Origin: Marsupella aquatica
Taxonomy: Eukaryota > Plantae > Marchantiophyta
Direction of reading: 5' to 3'
NCBI GenBank assembly: GCA_973895155.1
Contig: OZ316893.1
Span: 14,724,645-14,788,644 of the forward strand
Length of the DNA stretch: 64,000 bases
Shown here: piece after piece, positions 38,897 through 50,500 of the stretch
How the letters are laid out: every line of letters starts with the position of its first letter
How positions within the stretch are numbered: position 1 is the first letter of the stretch
The notes under the pieces: generated by a model
What the model was told of the DNA's origin: nothing
Databases searched by the model: none
What the model saw: only the letters and a program-made list of their open reading frames with translations
Made by a program: the position numbers and the translations under genes

Positions 38897-41800
38897 ATGG
38901 CGGAGGCGCTCGCTTACAAGAAAAATCTCCGGGCGACCGCGGCATTGGAGTTGTTCTACACTGGAGGCCCCGTGGTCCTCTCTTCCGATGCGTCCTTTGT
39001 GGCATGCGCCTGCACTGACGACGTCAAGGTTGTGGACGTGGAAACAGGCAAAGTCCGCTGCACCTTGCAAGGCGATTCTGAGCTTGTCACGGCTCTGTGC
39101 CTTAGCCCCGATGGGAAGTTCCTCCTCTCTGCAAGCCGAAGTCTGCAGATTCGCCTCTGGGACCTCGCCTCTGTCTCCATTCTTCGTACCTGGAAGGTCT
39201 GAGCTACAGAACACCATCTCCTGATTCCTCTGCTTACCCATTTCACGAGCAAATTGTAGGGTTATGTAGAACCAATGCTTCGGCTTTGAAATTGGCAGTC
39301 GTGATGGCATAGAGTTGCATTTTTTGGCCTTTCGAGTTTCCAGTTACTAACGATTCTCGTGTGGGATGCAGGCTCATGACGCTCCTGTGACAATTATGGC
39401 AGTGGATCCATCTGGAGGTCTTCTCGCAACCGCCAGTGCTGACAGGAGTGTACTTGTGTGGGACGTGGACGGTGGATTTTGCACACACGCTTTTCGAGGT
39501 CACAAAGGCGTTGTGACCAGTATCGTATTTCATCCGGATCCCAAGCGCCTCTTGGTGAGTTTCTGGGGAGGGCTTTCGTCAACTATCAATCTGTTTGTGG
39601 TGTCGTTCACGTATACCAATGTTTCTCGAGGTTTATATTATTGGACGGTGTTGGTACATTCCAGTTCAAGCACATTCTTGAACTAAACATCGTTTGCAGA
39701 GCTAAACTTGATCTAACTCCACAGTAATTGTGTTAATAGCTTTTTTCAGGAGGAGATGATGCCACGGTGCGGGTTTGGGATTTGGTGAGGAAGTCTTGCG
39801 TAATCGTTCTTGACAAACATTTTGCGGTTGTCACCAGTCTAGCGATCTCCACAGATGGATTTTCTCTTGTATCTGCTGGCAGAGACAAGGTACCCCATTC
39901 GTCCCAATTATGTCAGACTTCTTTTATTCCATCCACACGATTTATTATCATCTTTAGCTAGCATCTCTGACTAGTGGGGTGCTTCCCACAATAGGTTGGT
40001 CTTAATCATCGTCTGATGAGGAAGCTGCTGCGGCAAATTATGTGACATTTTTGATCGCAAATGTTAGATGAGTTTTGGTTACCATTTCATACTTTCTGCT
40101 TTGAGTTTTAAATTCCAAGGCTTTTCATAGTTTTCGTCTTTCTTCTTCGGGCTGCGTTTATTTACGAACCTGCAACTGTTTTATGCAGGTCGTCAATGTG
40201 TGGGACCTGGGAGATTATACTCTTCGGACCACTATCCCTGTATATGAAGCTATAGAGACTGTGCACGTTGTTCCCGAGGACTTCAACTTGCCTGGAGCGA
40301 ATGTTAAAAATTCACTTGCAAACGGGGGCTCGGACGGAGTTACATTTTTGACTGTTGGGGAGCTTGGTGTTATTCGTATATGGAATTCAAACGGGTGAGT
40401 TGCCTAGAAGACTTAACGTTTACTTTTGTAAAGTGTTTGTTCTTTTATATTCCTCGTTTCGGTTATGATGGCGAGATGTCCACTTCTGCTACAACGATGG
40501 TGACATTGTTCTCATAATAAATTTCTGACGTACTTATGATGCTGAAGATGTAGGCTTCAAGTATTGTGAAGTGTGCTCTCTTGTTGAACTCACACACTTT
40601 TGTCGTCTGATATTTTATATTTCAGTTCTGTCTGTCTTTACAATCAGAAATCATCAGATGGGGTCCAAAGTACTCCAAAGGAAGATTCGAAAGGAGGCTT
40701 TATGCAAGCGACAATCATGTCTGGAGGAAGGATTATGTGCGTCACAGCAGATCAATGCCTCTTGTTTTACGAGTCGGTCAACGGTGAAGACCTCAAGTTG
40801 TATAAGCGGTTGATTGGCTATAATGAGGAGATTATTGATTTGAAGTTTGTTGGAGAAGATGCATCCCGTCTTGCAGTCGCAACCAATCTTGAGCAGGTAT
40901 AGAGATCTTCAAATTTATTATATGGTCAACATTTCTTCAATTTCCTATTTCGTTCTTTCTGTCCTCACAGACCAGGCGATTATACCGTGTCTGGCGATAT
41001 ACCGTGTCTGGCGATTTTACGAATCGACCCTGACTGTCAACGGATCATTGAATTCCATTGAAGTCGCTTTCTTGAGCAGATCCGACCGGTATTGCGCAGC
41101 TGAAGGAGTAGGCCTGGCCTGTAATGAAATGCTAGCACTAGTTCAGTTATTGGTCGATGTTCGTTATTTGTCCAGGCAGGCTCCTTCCAGTGCCCCATGT
41201 TGGATATCTTTATCGTACATAACACATGGAATCTTCGAAGTTGAGATTTTAGTGATTGTCATTTCCTGTTACTCGATGCGCAGATTCGAGTGTATGATAT
41301 GCAATCAATGGCTTGTGTACAAGAATTGGTCGGGCATACAGATATTGTGCTATGTCTCGACTCATGTGTCACTCCTTCCGGGCAATCGTTGTTGGCTTCA
41401 TCTGCTAAAGACAAAATGGTAAGTGGTGTCTGTAGAACTCGCCGCCAGTTTAGTTTCAACTGAAGTACGTTACGGAGGAGCCAGTGATTGTTTGTTTTGA
41501 ATATCGTCCTTCAGTATACCGCAGAGCATGTATCTTTGTACCTGAAGTGTTATTTAATGTACTTTCACATCTAGTCAAGGTAGTTCAGAACGAGATACTA
41601 TGAGCAGGTTGCTTGGAAGTTAGAAGGGGAAATCTGAGAAGGTGCTGTTGGCAGATAAGAATATGGGATCTGGAAAATGCATCCTGTGTTGGCATTGCTG
41701 CTGGCCACATGGCAGCTGTTGGGGCTGTAACCTTTTCAAGAAAGCGGAAGGACTTTTTTGTCAGTGGAAGCAGGTGATCTCCTTTCTACCCCCAAGTCAT

Positions 41801-44800
41801 TTCCTTTGGGGGGCCCTCTTGTGATGCATTCTTCACGTCTTTGAGTAAAGTCTAGGACCAACTGTAGTCGCATCAGCTTTGGTCTCCTTTGCATGGTGCA
41901 AGCTATGTCTTTTGGATCAAGCAGTCAGGAAGCATCTGATGTCTGGCCATGGGAGTTGGACCATTTTTAGAGGGCTCTACCTTTCTGTACAGTACTCTCC
42001 TGATGATTGCTTCATTCCCGTGAGCATCTTCCACATCATATTGCATTAGCCTTGGTCTCTCTTCCTTTGCTATGACTCTTGTGGTTACTAGAAACCTGCT
42101 GTTGTTCTGAGCAACGACATAGAGATGCTGTCATCCATTCACTCTAGGTGTTGCTTCAGACTTTGACTGATCAGTATTACACTTGTGGTTTTGAAATTGA
42201 TATGGATCCTTTTGGAATCGAGGATGGAAGAGGGTAAACCAATGAAAATTCCCACTGGTTCAGTGATCTTTCTTCCAGAATCCCTAACGTCCATACGTTT
42301 TCTCATTTTTTTTGTCTTTCCATCCCCAGCGACTGCACTCTGAAAGTGTGGAAAATAGAAGGCCTTCTTGGTGGGGCTGATGCACCTATAAAACTTTCCT
42401 CTCAGGCAGCAGTGAAGGCCCACGATAAAGATATCAACGCTGTTGCGATTGCTCCAAATGATAGTCTTGTTTGCAGTGCCTCCCAGGTGTGTTCATGACT
42501 TACGTCGATCGTCTGTGCCGCACTGAATTGGCGAGCTAGGATGTTGGACACTACTATGCTGTTAGGTTCATCAAAGTGGAATTGTCAATAAGTCAAAGAA
42601 ATCTAGATTGGGGGTTCTTTGAGTCTTCTTATCAAGTACCTTCTGTTTATCATACATATTGTATGATGGTCTGATTATGTTTTAGTAAACTCATTTTCGT
42701 TTGTGGCAGAATCGTATAACATGGGACTAATTTAGGCATCTCTGGGAAAAAATGAAAAATAAGGGCACTAAGAACAGAAGATTGCAATTCAAGGACCCTG
42801 AAGAATTCTTCCTCTTGTTTTCCTTGTTCTTGTGCTGATGTCTGCTTCCTTCTGCCTCAGGATCGAACTGCTCGAGTGTGGAGACTCCCTGAACTTGTGC
42901 CTGTAGTGACGCTTACTGGCCATAAGCGGGGGGTGTGGTCGGTTGAGTTTTCTCCCGTGGACCAGTGTGTTTTGACAGGCTCAGCGGACAAAACTATCCG
43001 GATATGGGCACTATCAGATGGGTCTTGCCTGAAAGCATTTGAAGGTCATACAGCAAGTGTGCTGAAAGTTTCCTTTATCACCAAGGGGACGCAAATCATT
43101 TCAGCCGGTGAGAGGATCCGCTTTCTTGTGTATTTGATAAATACAAGCACCTCAATTTGGATTTATCTAGAGGAATATATAATACTGCCATTAGTGGTTG
43201 CAGCAGAGCGATAATCTGATCCAAGTGGATAATGATTTTGTGGTAAGATAGGTTGGCATTAATTTCTGGAATTTCGCTTAAGAAACGTTTACTGTGGTTG
43301 ACAGGAGCCGATGGTTTAGTCAAGTTGTGGACAATTAAAAGCAATGAGTGCACGAATACTTTTGACAATCATGAGGACAAGGTATCATCTGAAAGCCTAC
43401 TGGCATTTGCGAATCCGTATACATGGGATGATCATTATTGTGGTGGGTAGGTTAGTTTATGGGTTCTGGAATCAACATTATTACCAAAAATAACTTTTGG
43501 TTGGTCGTTTTCTTGGTGTATCTTAATAGATATGGGCGCTCGCTGTGAGTGCGAAGGATACAAGGATAGCGACTGGTGGTTCTGATTCTCTAGTGAATCT
43601 TTGGGAAGATTGCACTGCAGCTGACGAAGACGAGGCTTTCAGAAAAGAGGTATTCAGGCTACAGTAAAATACCACACTTCGATTCGCCCATCTTTCTTTT
43701 AACTTTGCATGAACCTGCGCTGGGAAGGTCGATGTTTGACTTGCTCTTTCTAGTATTCCTATTCTCTCAGCTTACAATCTTTGCCACTACCTCATGGGCC
43801 ATGTCTTTAGGACAACTTGGATTGTACTGTCGTTTCTTGATATCATGACACAGTGTCGACAGGTGCAAGTGCAGACCCTGTTTGATTCTCTGGAGGCGAT
43901 TGCCGTTTGTCGTTCCATGTATCTAAGTGGAAACTATCCATTAAAAAAATTTGCTTTGTTGCTTCTGTGGGATATTGTTTCAGGAAGAGGAAGCTCTAAA
44001 AGATCAAGACCTAGCAAATGCTCTCAAAGACACCAATTATGTAAAGGCAGTGCAGCTTGCTTTTGAATTGAAACGGCCTTTCAGACTACTTCATGTTTTT
44101 GAAGAAGTCTTCAGGTCAGACAAACTATGATCAGACACTTATATGTGACATTAGTCGTCCATCGATTGAGTTGTCCTTCAAAATTCTTCAAAGGCAACAC
44201 TTCTCGATATCTTGGATCTTGACAATGCGTGTGATGCTGCAGGGCTGGTGGTGCTCGATCTCAAATGCAAACTATTCTACATGGATTGGGAAGAGACCAA
44301 GTTCAACTACTTTTGGAATATGTTCGTGATTGGAACTCGAAGACAAAGTTTTGCCATTTAGCCCAGCGTGTTCTGTTTCATATGTTTCATATTATTCCTC
44401 CAACCGAAATGGTAGAGGTAAGTTATTTTTCTCGACATTGTACGTAGTTTTCTGGTCAATATGGCTGCTCTGTGTTCCTTGGTTTGATTCACAATTGTTC
44501 AAGTGATGTCCTGGAGTGGCTTTCCGTTGGAATTCCATTGTGCAGTTAGCGGACTCATGTTTTCATGGAAAGGGTCTTCGTGTAGAAATTTCTGCATATA
44601 GATATTTTGATAGGGAGAGGAATCTCATCAAAGGTGGTGTTTCATTTGTTTTTCGGGATAGACCTTGTCCTTATGGTTGCTGCTGCAGCAGCAGTTGAGG
44701 TTGGGTGGGGAAATTTGTTAATGATGTCTCACTATTAGAATCTGCCTTCATCCCTCGCTGCATCTGGACTAAATTGTCTCATGTGTCACTGAAATTCTCT

Positions 44801-45333
44801 AAAATTTTCTATCACACATGTTTGAACTCATGGAAGCAAGGCAATTTTGAAGAGGGTGATGTTGAGGATCCTGACCCTTCGGTTTGTATGAACAGATTCC
44901 AGGTATTCGAGAACTCCTTGAAGGCATTCTTCCTTATACACAACGGCATTTTGGCAGGGTTGACAGACTCAATCGAAGTGGCTTTCTGTTGGATTTTATT
45001 CTATCGTCTATGTCTTCCATTGTACCCAGTGAAGATCGGCAATTTTTAGGGGACAAAATTCTCGGTTCGTGGGAGTGCTTGCCATCAATAACAACTCGTG
45101 ACCCTGCCACGCCCTTGTTGGAAGATGCTACTTCAATAGAACCAGAACGGATCAGCGATGGGCAAGCTGAACCTGAGGAAGAGCTCGATCAAGGGCATGG
45201 TTTGGACGAAGAGTTGAAGAGCGTCTCAGCCCAAATGACCAAAACGAAAGTGAAGAGGAGTAGAATAATAGATTCTCGAGTCACGGACGCAGAAGTGGAA
45301 AGAAAAGTAAAGAAGAGAAAACCCAGAAGTTGA
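38897..45333 (+). CDS. TBL3: Transducin beta-like protein 3 / UTP13 (TORMOZ-like) WD40 U3 snoRNP protein, ~902 aa; exons 38897-39196, 39372-39554, 39740-39889, 40189-40394, 40626-40896, 41284-41418, 41655-41773, 42330-42486, 42861-43107, 43305-43381, 43530-43649, 43984-44114, 44243-44417, 44896-45333
   Basis: Motifs LELFYTGGPV, GGFCTHAFRGHKGVV, LIGYNEEIIDLKF, AVATNLEQIRVYD, AHDKDINAVAIAPNDSLVCSASQDRTA, GHKRGVWSVEFSPVDQ and the Utp13 C-terminal EYVRDWNS...LAQRVL and LLEGILPYTQRHFGRVDRL. Thirteen GT-AG introns are in phase; the spliced length is 2709 nt. Confidence 0.96.
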
Positions 45334-46191
45334 AGTACTGTATTCTGTTAGTTTAGATTCTGTTCACAATTTTGTTAGAGCTGGAGAAGATGAATAAAGA
45401 GTTCAATTCACTTACTGCCGAAGATGTTCTTCTGATGGGCCCAGTTTGGTGTAATTTGTGTGGCTCTTGAGGGATATATATGACAGAGGCAATAGGAGCT
45501 GTCCTTTGAATAGGCCCTCAAACCTCAAAACATGATTATCTTCCTGGTTTTTTTCATAAATATATTAAAGCCGTGAAAGACGAGGGGAATATAAGCAGCA
45601 CCAAAAGTGCATAAAACATGATTGTTTTAACTACTAGGTTAAAATTACTCCTGGAATATATTATTTAATACGGCTTCTCAAACCCCAGAACAAAACTTGA
45701 TGTCTCCCAACTGATAGGTTAATTTTTCTCCTAGAATATATTATCTAATAGGATCTAAAAACTTGTTGTATCTTGATTACTAGGTTTGGAATAGACTATC
45801 TGATAGGATCTCAAAATTTGCTATATCTTGAATACTAGGTTTGAATACTAGGTTTGATTATCTAAAAGGATCTCAAAACTTGTTTTGGGCTATATTATCT
45901 TAACTTAAATCTCAACTTGCATAAACTTTGGGTTTGAATTTCATTGAAGAAAGGACAAGAATAATTAAAATTAGTAAGGGTGAATAGTCTTTCTCTAATT
46001 AATTGCTACTAGAGCATTATGGTCAATAACAGTCCTCCTAAAACTTTGGTTGAAACCCTCATTTACTTACTGGGTATTATAGCTCACATTTCCAGATCAT
46101 TATTATATGAATAAAAAACCTAATGTTCGAAGCACGACAGAAAAAAAATAAAGTGACTGTGGAAAAGTATTGTCAGGAATGTCTTGCCATG

Positions 46192-46348
46192 AGGGCATGT
46201 CAAAGCACCATAAGTAAAGGCTTATGGTTGAAAATTTTTGGAAGTAGTTATGGGCCACCTAAATAGGTAACCTGTAAGGTTTTATCCTGAACATAAAACC
46301 ATTTTATGTCCTTGGCCATAAGTCACTTATGGCCCTTAACACTCCCTA
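46192..46348. mobile_element. MITE-like element related to 37762-37985
   Basis: AGGGCATGTCAAAG...TTAACACTCCCT imperfect termini, with internal CATAAAACCATTTTATG and CCATAAG...CTTATGG palindromes. Confidence 0.45.
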
Positions 46349-46691
46349 TCATCTCAAGAAAATCTCCTTGGGCTATGGCCGTGAGTTTCTTACTCAGGAC
46401 AACACACTTGTGGGTAGCCTAACCCTCCACCTAAACCTCGAAGTTTTAGCTTCTCTTGCGTAAGAGCACCAGTGTTGATTTGGACAATAAATAATTATTA
46501 TTATTAAAATTTTGGATGTGACTGAAAATATTTTAGAGTGTAGTCTTCCATAAAGTTTTCAGTATGCCTACTATTTAAAAAATAAAAAAACTAGATTGGA
46601 GAGGAATGTTGGCTTTGCCGAAACTAGAAAACAATAACTATTTATCTGGGACGGCAATCCGTACGTTTTTGAGTCAGTTTGGGACCAAACC

Positions 46692-47314
46692 TTTGCGAGT
46701 CTCTGTCTTCTCGACATTCTCTCAAGATTGACACACATGTGTCTTTCATTCATTCAGTGAATTCACATTGAGCAATTTTTGATTCAGATTGAACAACTGA
46801 TAGCAGGTTATAAAAGGGTTTTTGATCGTTTCGCGAGTCCCTGTCGTCTTACTATTCTCTCAAGATTGACATAGAAATCTTTCATTCACTCAGTGAAGTC
46901 TCAACGAGCAATTCTCGATTCACACCGAGTCGTTGATAGCAGCTACAAGAGGTATTTGATAGCTTGACATTCAGTGAATTCACATTGAGCGGTTCTTGAT
47001 TCACGTTGAGCAATTGATAGCAATTATAAGAGGTTCGTTTCTGATAGCTTTGCGAGGCGCTGCCGTCTTAATATTCTCAGACAATAGAAATGACTTCCAT
47101 TCATTCAGTGAATTCACATTGAGCAGTTCTTGATTCACATTGAGCAATTGATAGCAATTCTAAGAGGTTCGTTTCTGATAGCTTTGCGAGGCGCTGTCGT
47201 CTTAATATTCTCAGACAATAGAAATGTCTTCCATTCACTCAGTGAAATAATTCACATTGAGCAGTTCTTGATTCACATTGAGCAATTGATAGCAATTATA
47301 AGAGGTTTTTGATA
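46692..47314. repeat. ~133-bp tandem repeat, about 5 units, just 3' of the EFHC1 stop codon
   Basis: CATTCAGTGAATTCACATTGAGCA.TTCTTGATTCACATTGAGCAATTGATAGCAATTATAAGAGG...TGATAGCTTTGCGAGGCGCTG.CGTCTTAATATTCTCAGACAATAGAAATG repeats, with the last three units nearly identical. Confidence 0.92.
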
Positions 47315-47557
47315 GGCAGCTTATCTTTCAGAGAGAGTTAACATTACAATGAGATCTTCAGCTGGATGCAAGCAAGAAAGGTGGCCGAGAGTGACTTTCA
47401 CACGTTTAGGCCACTACACTGCAAGCTAGGATTGGATTTTCCAGGCTACACTGAGGCTGTCATTCCTTGACAACACATAGAACTGGGGCTCGAATTGGGG
47501 TCTTGATTTCGCATAGGGATATAGGCCTGCATGTCTTCGCAGCATTTATGCTTTTAC

Positions 47558-50500
47558 TCAGTTGTTAGACTCGACAATCAGCTCCTTCAGGAGTGATTGT
47601 AAATTTGCATACTTCGCACCTGGCTTCTGACATCCCCGCTCCAGAGTGATCAATTCGTGTGGAGTTAGTTTCAGTCCAGCCCTCGCTAGCAGATTTCCCA
47701 CTGGCTCCTTGCTTGGTTCCGGCGGTAATCTGAGTGAAAGATCATCATTGATGCCACAAGTCAGTCTCAGACATCAATCACCACATGAACAAAACCCAGC
47801 AATGTGCTGTCAGTAACAAATCTGCATACCTGAAGGAGTCATATAGTCTAAGAGCACGAAGCTATTTCCAGCTAAATGAGAACGATTGCGATGACACGAT
47901 ATGGAAGTTTAATTAGATGAAACCAGCAATGAAGGCAAACTTGAGTGAAGGGAAATGTACACCAGAGGCAACGGTAAGCCTGGCGTGCTCTGAAATTAAT
48001 CAATTGGCCTGTACATGTTGGAATCCAAGATTCAATCCATGGGTGAGGTTGTGAGTTTGAGAATCATTGGAGGTTATCTCACCCTTGTGGACTAGCCGGA
48101 CGTGATACAGGAGGACTTTGGCATGATAGATTACTGGACGGAATCTTGGCACTGAGATCCGCTTTCGAATCTGCCGGCAACTGCTTAAGTTGCTCCTTGA
48201 CCTGCAAGGAAATTCAGAGAATGCACGCATTCGAGCTGGAACGTGATTAGAGTTCTTGAAAGCAAACATCATTTCCTGGATATTTAACTGGAGGTTTGAT
48301 TTGAAGACACGGCGTGGGCAGGCAAATAAAACTGCTCATGACCACAAAATTGAGATCAGCCTATGGCAATTCTTACGTGATGGGGGTTAACAAACCTTGT
48401 TGACAACACGATTGAAGTCAGCCTGCGGAAATCGTCTCGGGTTCTCTTCCATGAACTTGAGCGTCCAATCATCAGCTTTGAACAAGAGAAATTGACGGTT
48501 GTGAATTTCTACAATGGCACCGACATAGAAGTCTTCTGGAGTATATGCTTCTAACGTCCCAGGCTTCCGTGTGGAATTCTGGCGATGAATATACCGTCCA
48601 TTAACAACACCCGAGTTCCGAGCTGGTTGCTCATAAACAGACAATGAATCGTCTTCCAGATAGAACTGTCGTCATAAACAAAGGGTGAGTCGTACTATTT
48701 AGTCAAAAATATGTCCACAGCAAAGTTTCTCGACTCCATTGAATTTGTGATTCATAGAAAAACAGGTAATCATGTTTTGACAGTTCGGGAATCTGTTAAT
48801 TGATTCGGGTATGCTTCTGACCTACGGGAATTTACGCGTCATAAATCATGAGCATCACCTGGAAAATAAACCACCGTGTCTTGTCCACTGGCGAGACCCA
48901 ATGATCGCGATCCTCGACCATTTTGCAAGCAAACAACATGACCTGCATGACCAGAAACGCATGCAAGACTAATTAGTACAACAGGTCCAACAGCTTCACT
49001 TCAAAATTCTCCACAAGTGCAGAAACGCGCGATATGCACCAAAGAAATAATAATTACAGTGTTTCATCGAAGGAAATTTCAATTGGAACGGTCGTCAACA
49101 GAATAATTCACTTCTTGCGTCGCAGTGTATACGACACGCACAGGAAACCCTTAGTTCTCGATTTCTTTTAAGTGTTCACTTCTAGTTTCAGTCTTTGAAT
49201 TCGGTTCTGGTGGAAAGGAAAACTTGTCATGTATGGAGCAAATCTAGATCGACCTTTCCACCGTTGTTCATCATCTTGAAAAAATCTTTGGGCCATGATC
49301 TGGGCATCAAGTGAATGACATTCATCATGCTGTCCTCCTCCGTTCCCCATCCGTTGTGAGGTGGCACCTCCATCCTGGCCAAAACCGGCGTGGGCTCCTG
49401 CAATTACAATTTGTAGACAAGGAAAATGTGGAAGAGAAACGTCAGCGATCTATCCATGTTGAAGTGAGCCACTGCTCGAACATTCTCATCTCTATGAAAG
49501 TAAACGAATCATAGAGATCAAGACAATACATTGCGGACAACTGCACATCATTCAACTTCTCCTCATGTCTCACCTGGATATCTACAGGCATCAGCATATC
49601 GTCTGTGTAGCCATACTTAGTCTTGTAGTAGTTCCTGGTAAAGTCATCACAATCGTGAAGCAGCATGTCCCGACCCCACACTTTTACATAGCTGCCAACG
49701 GCCAAGTCCGTGTCCTTGTAACACTCCTCCTTCGACTTCTGTGTAAAAGCTGTCTTGGCCCCTGTCATTTCGGTGATTGCCCATTGTCATGAATAACAAT
49801 TTCATAGAAAACTCAACCACGCCACATAGGTGACTCTTTTAATTAACTAGACTCCTCACGGAACCCTTTGACACTGGTTATAATCGAGGTTGTAATACGC
49901 TACGGATGTACAGAAAAACTCTGTCCAAGTGTTCAATTATGAGCAGATTTCTCATGATGAGTTGAAATCCGCATATTATAGCTAATTCTCCCGTTTTGTA
50001 AGCACTTCACTACAGTGATTTTATATCATGAATACGAGGATTTGCAACGCATGCTCTGCAAAATGGTTACCAGTAGTTACCTAGAAGCTCATCGGGAAGG
50101 ACCTTTGGTAGTCTCCCACGCCGAAGGAGCATAGGAAAGGGAGCCCTTCCACTGTTGCGCTCCTGGATCTCTACTATCTCAACGGTATCATCTCCAAGGA
50201 AGTAGTGGAATACCTGCGGGAGTCCCATGCTCAGCAATTAGCTTGCAGGCTCACATTTGGGAGAGTGGTCTACCTTCTATCTGGCCCTCTCCATTTTGCT
50301 CGCTTTATGGTGTGACTACTCTTCACCTTGGTGAGGAAACGTTGCGTTGTACGCCGTTGACATATACTAATCAGTCTCAATGTAGCTTAAATTCTGATTT
50401 TCTCACAGCAAAGATTGGTACTAACAGATGATTCCAATGTAAGCTGATGGCATCGATAATACTTTTTGATTTTAGATCCAAAGTGTACGAAATTTCTGAA

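Noticed and set aside
40976-41012. ~17-bp tandem duplication GGCGAT(T)ATACCGTGTCT in TBL3 intron 5
   Set aside because: It is an ordinary slippage duplication with no evident effect on splice signals.
42001-42112. Possible intronic C/D-box snoRNA in TBL3 intron 7 (TGATGA...CTGA), and a similar case at ~40464-40528
   Set aside because: There is no terminal stem and no rRNA-complementary guide that I could recognise. Such short motifs are expected by chance.
47830-47861. 32-nt AG...GT-bounded micro-exon candidate in the last EFHC1 intron
   Set aside because: Including it shifts the frame and removes the conserved-looking LTPHELITL segment. Direct splicing 48083 to 47729 is already in phase.
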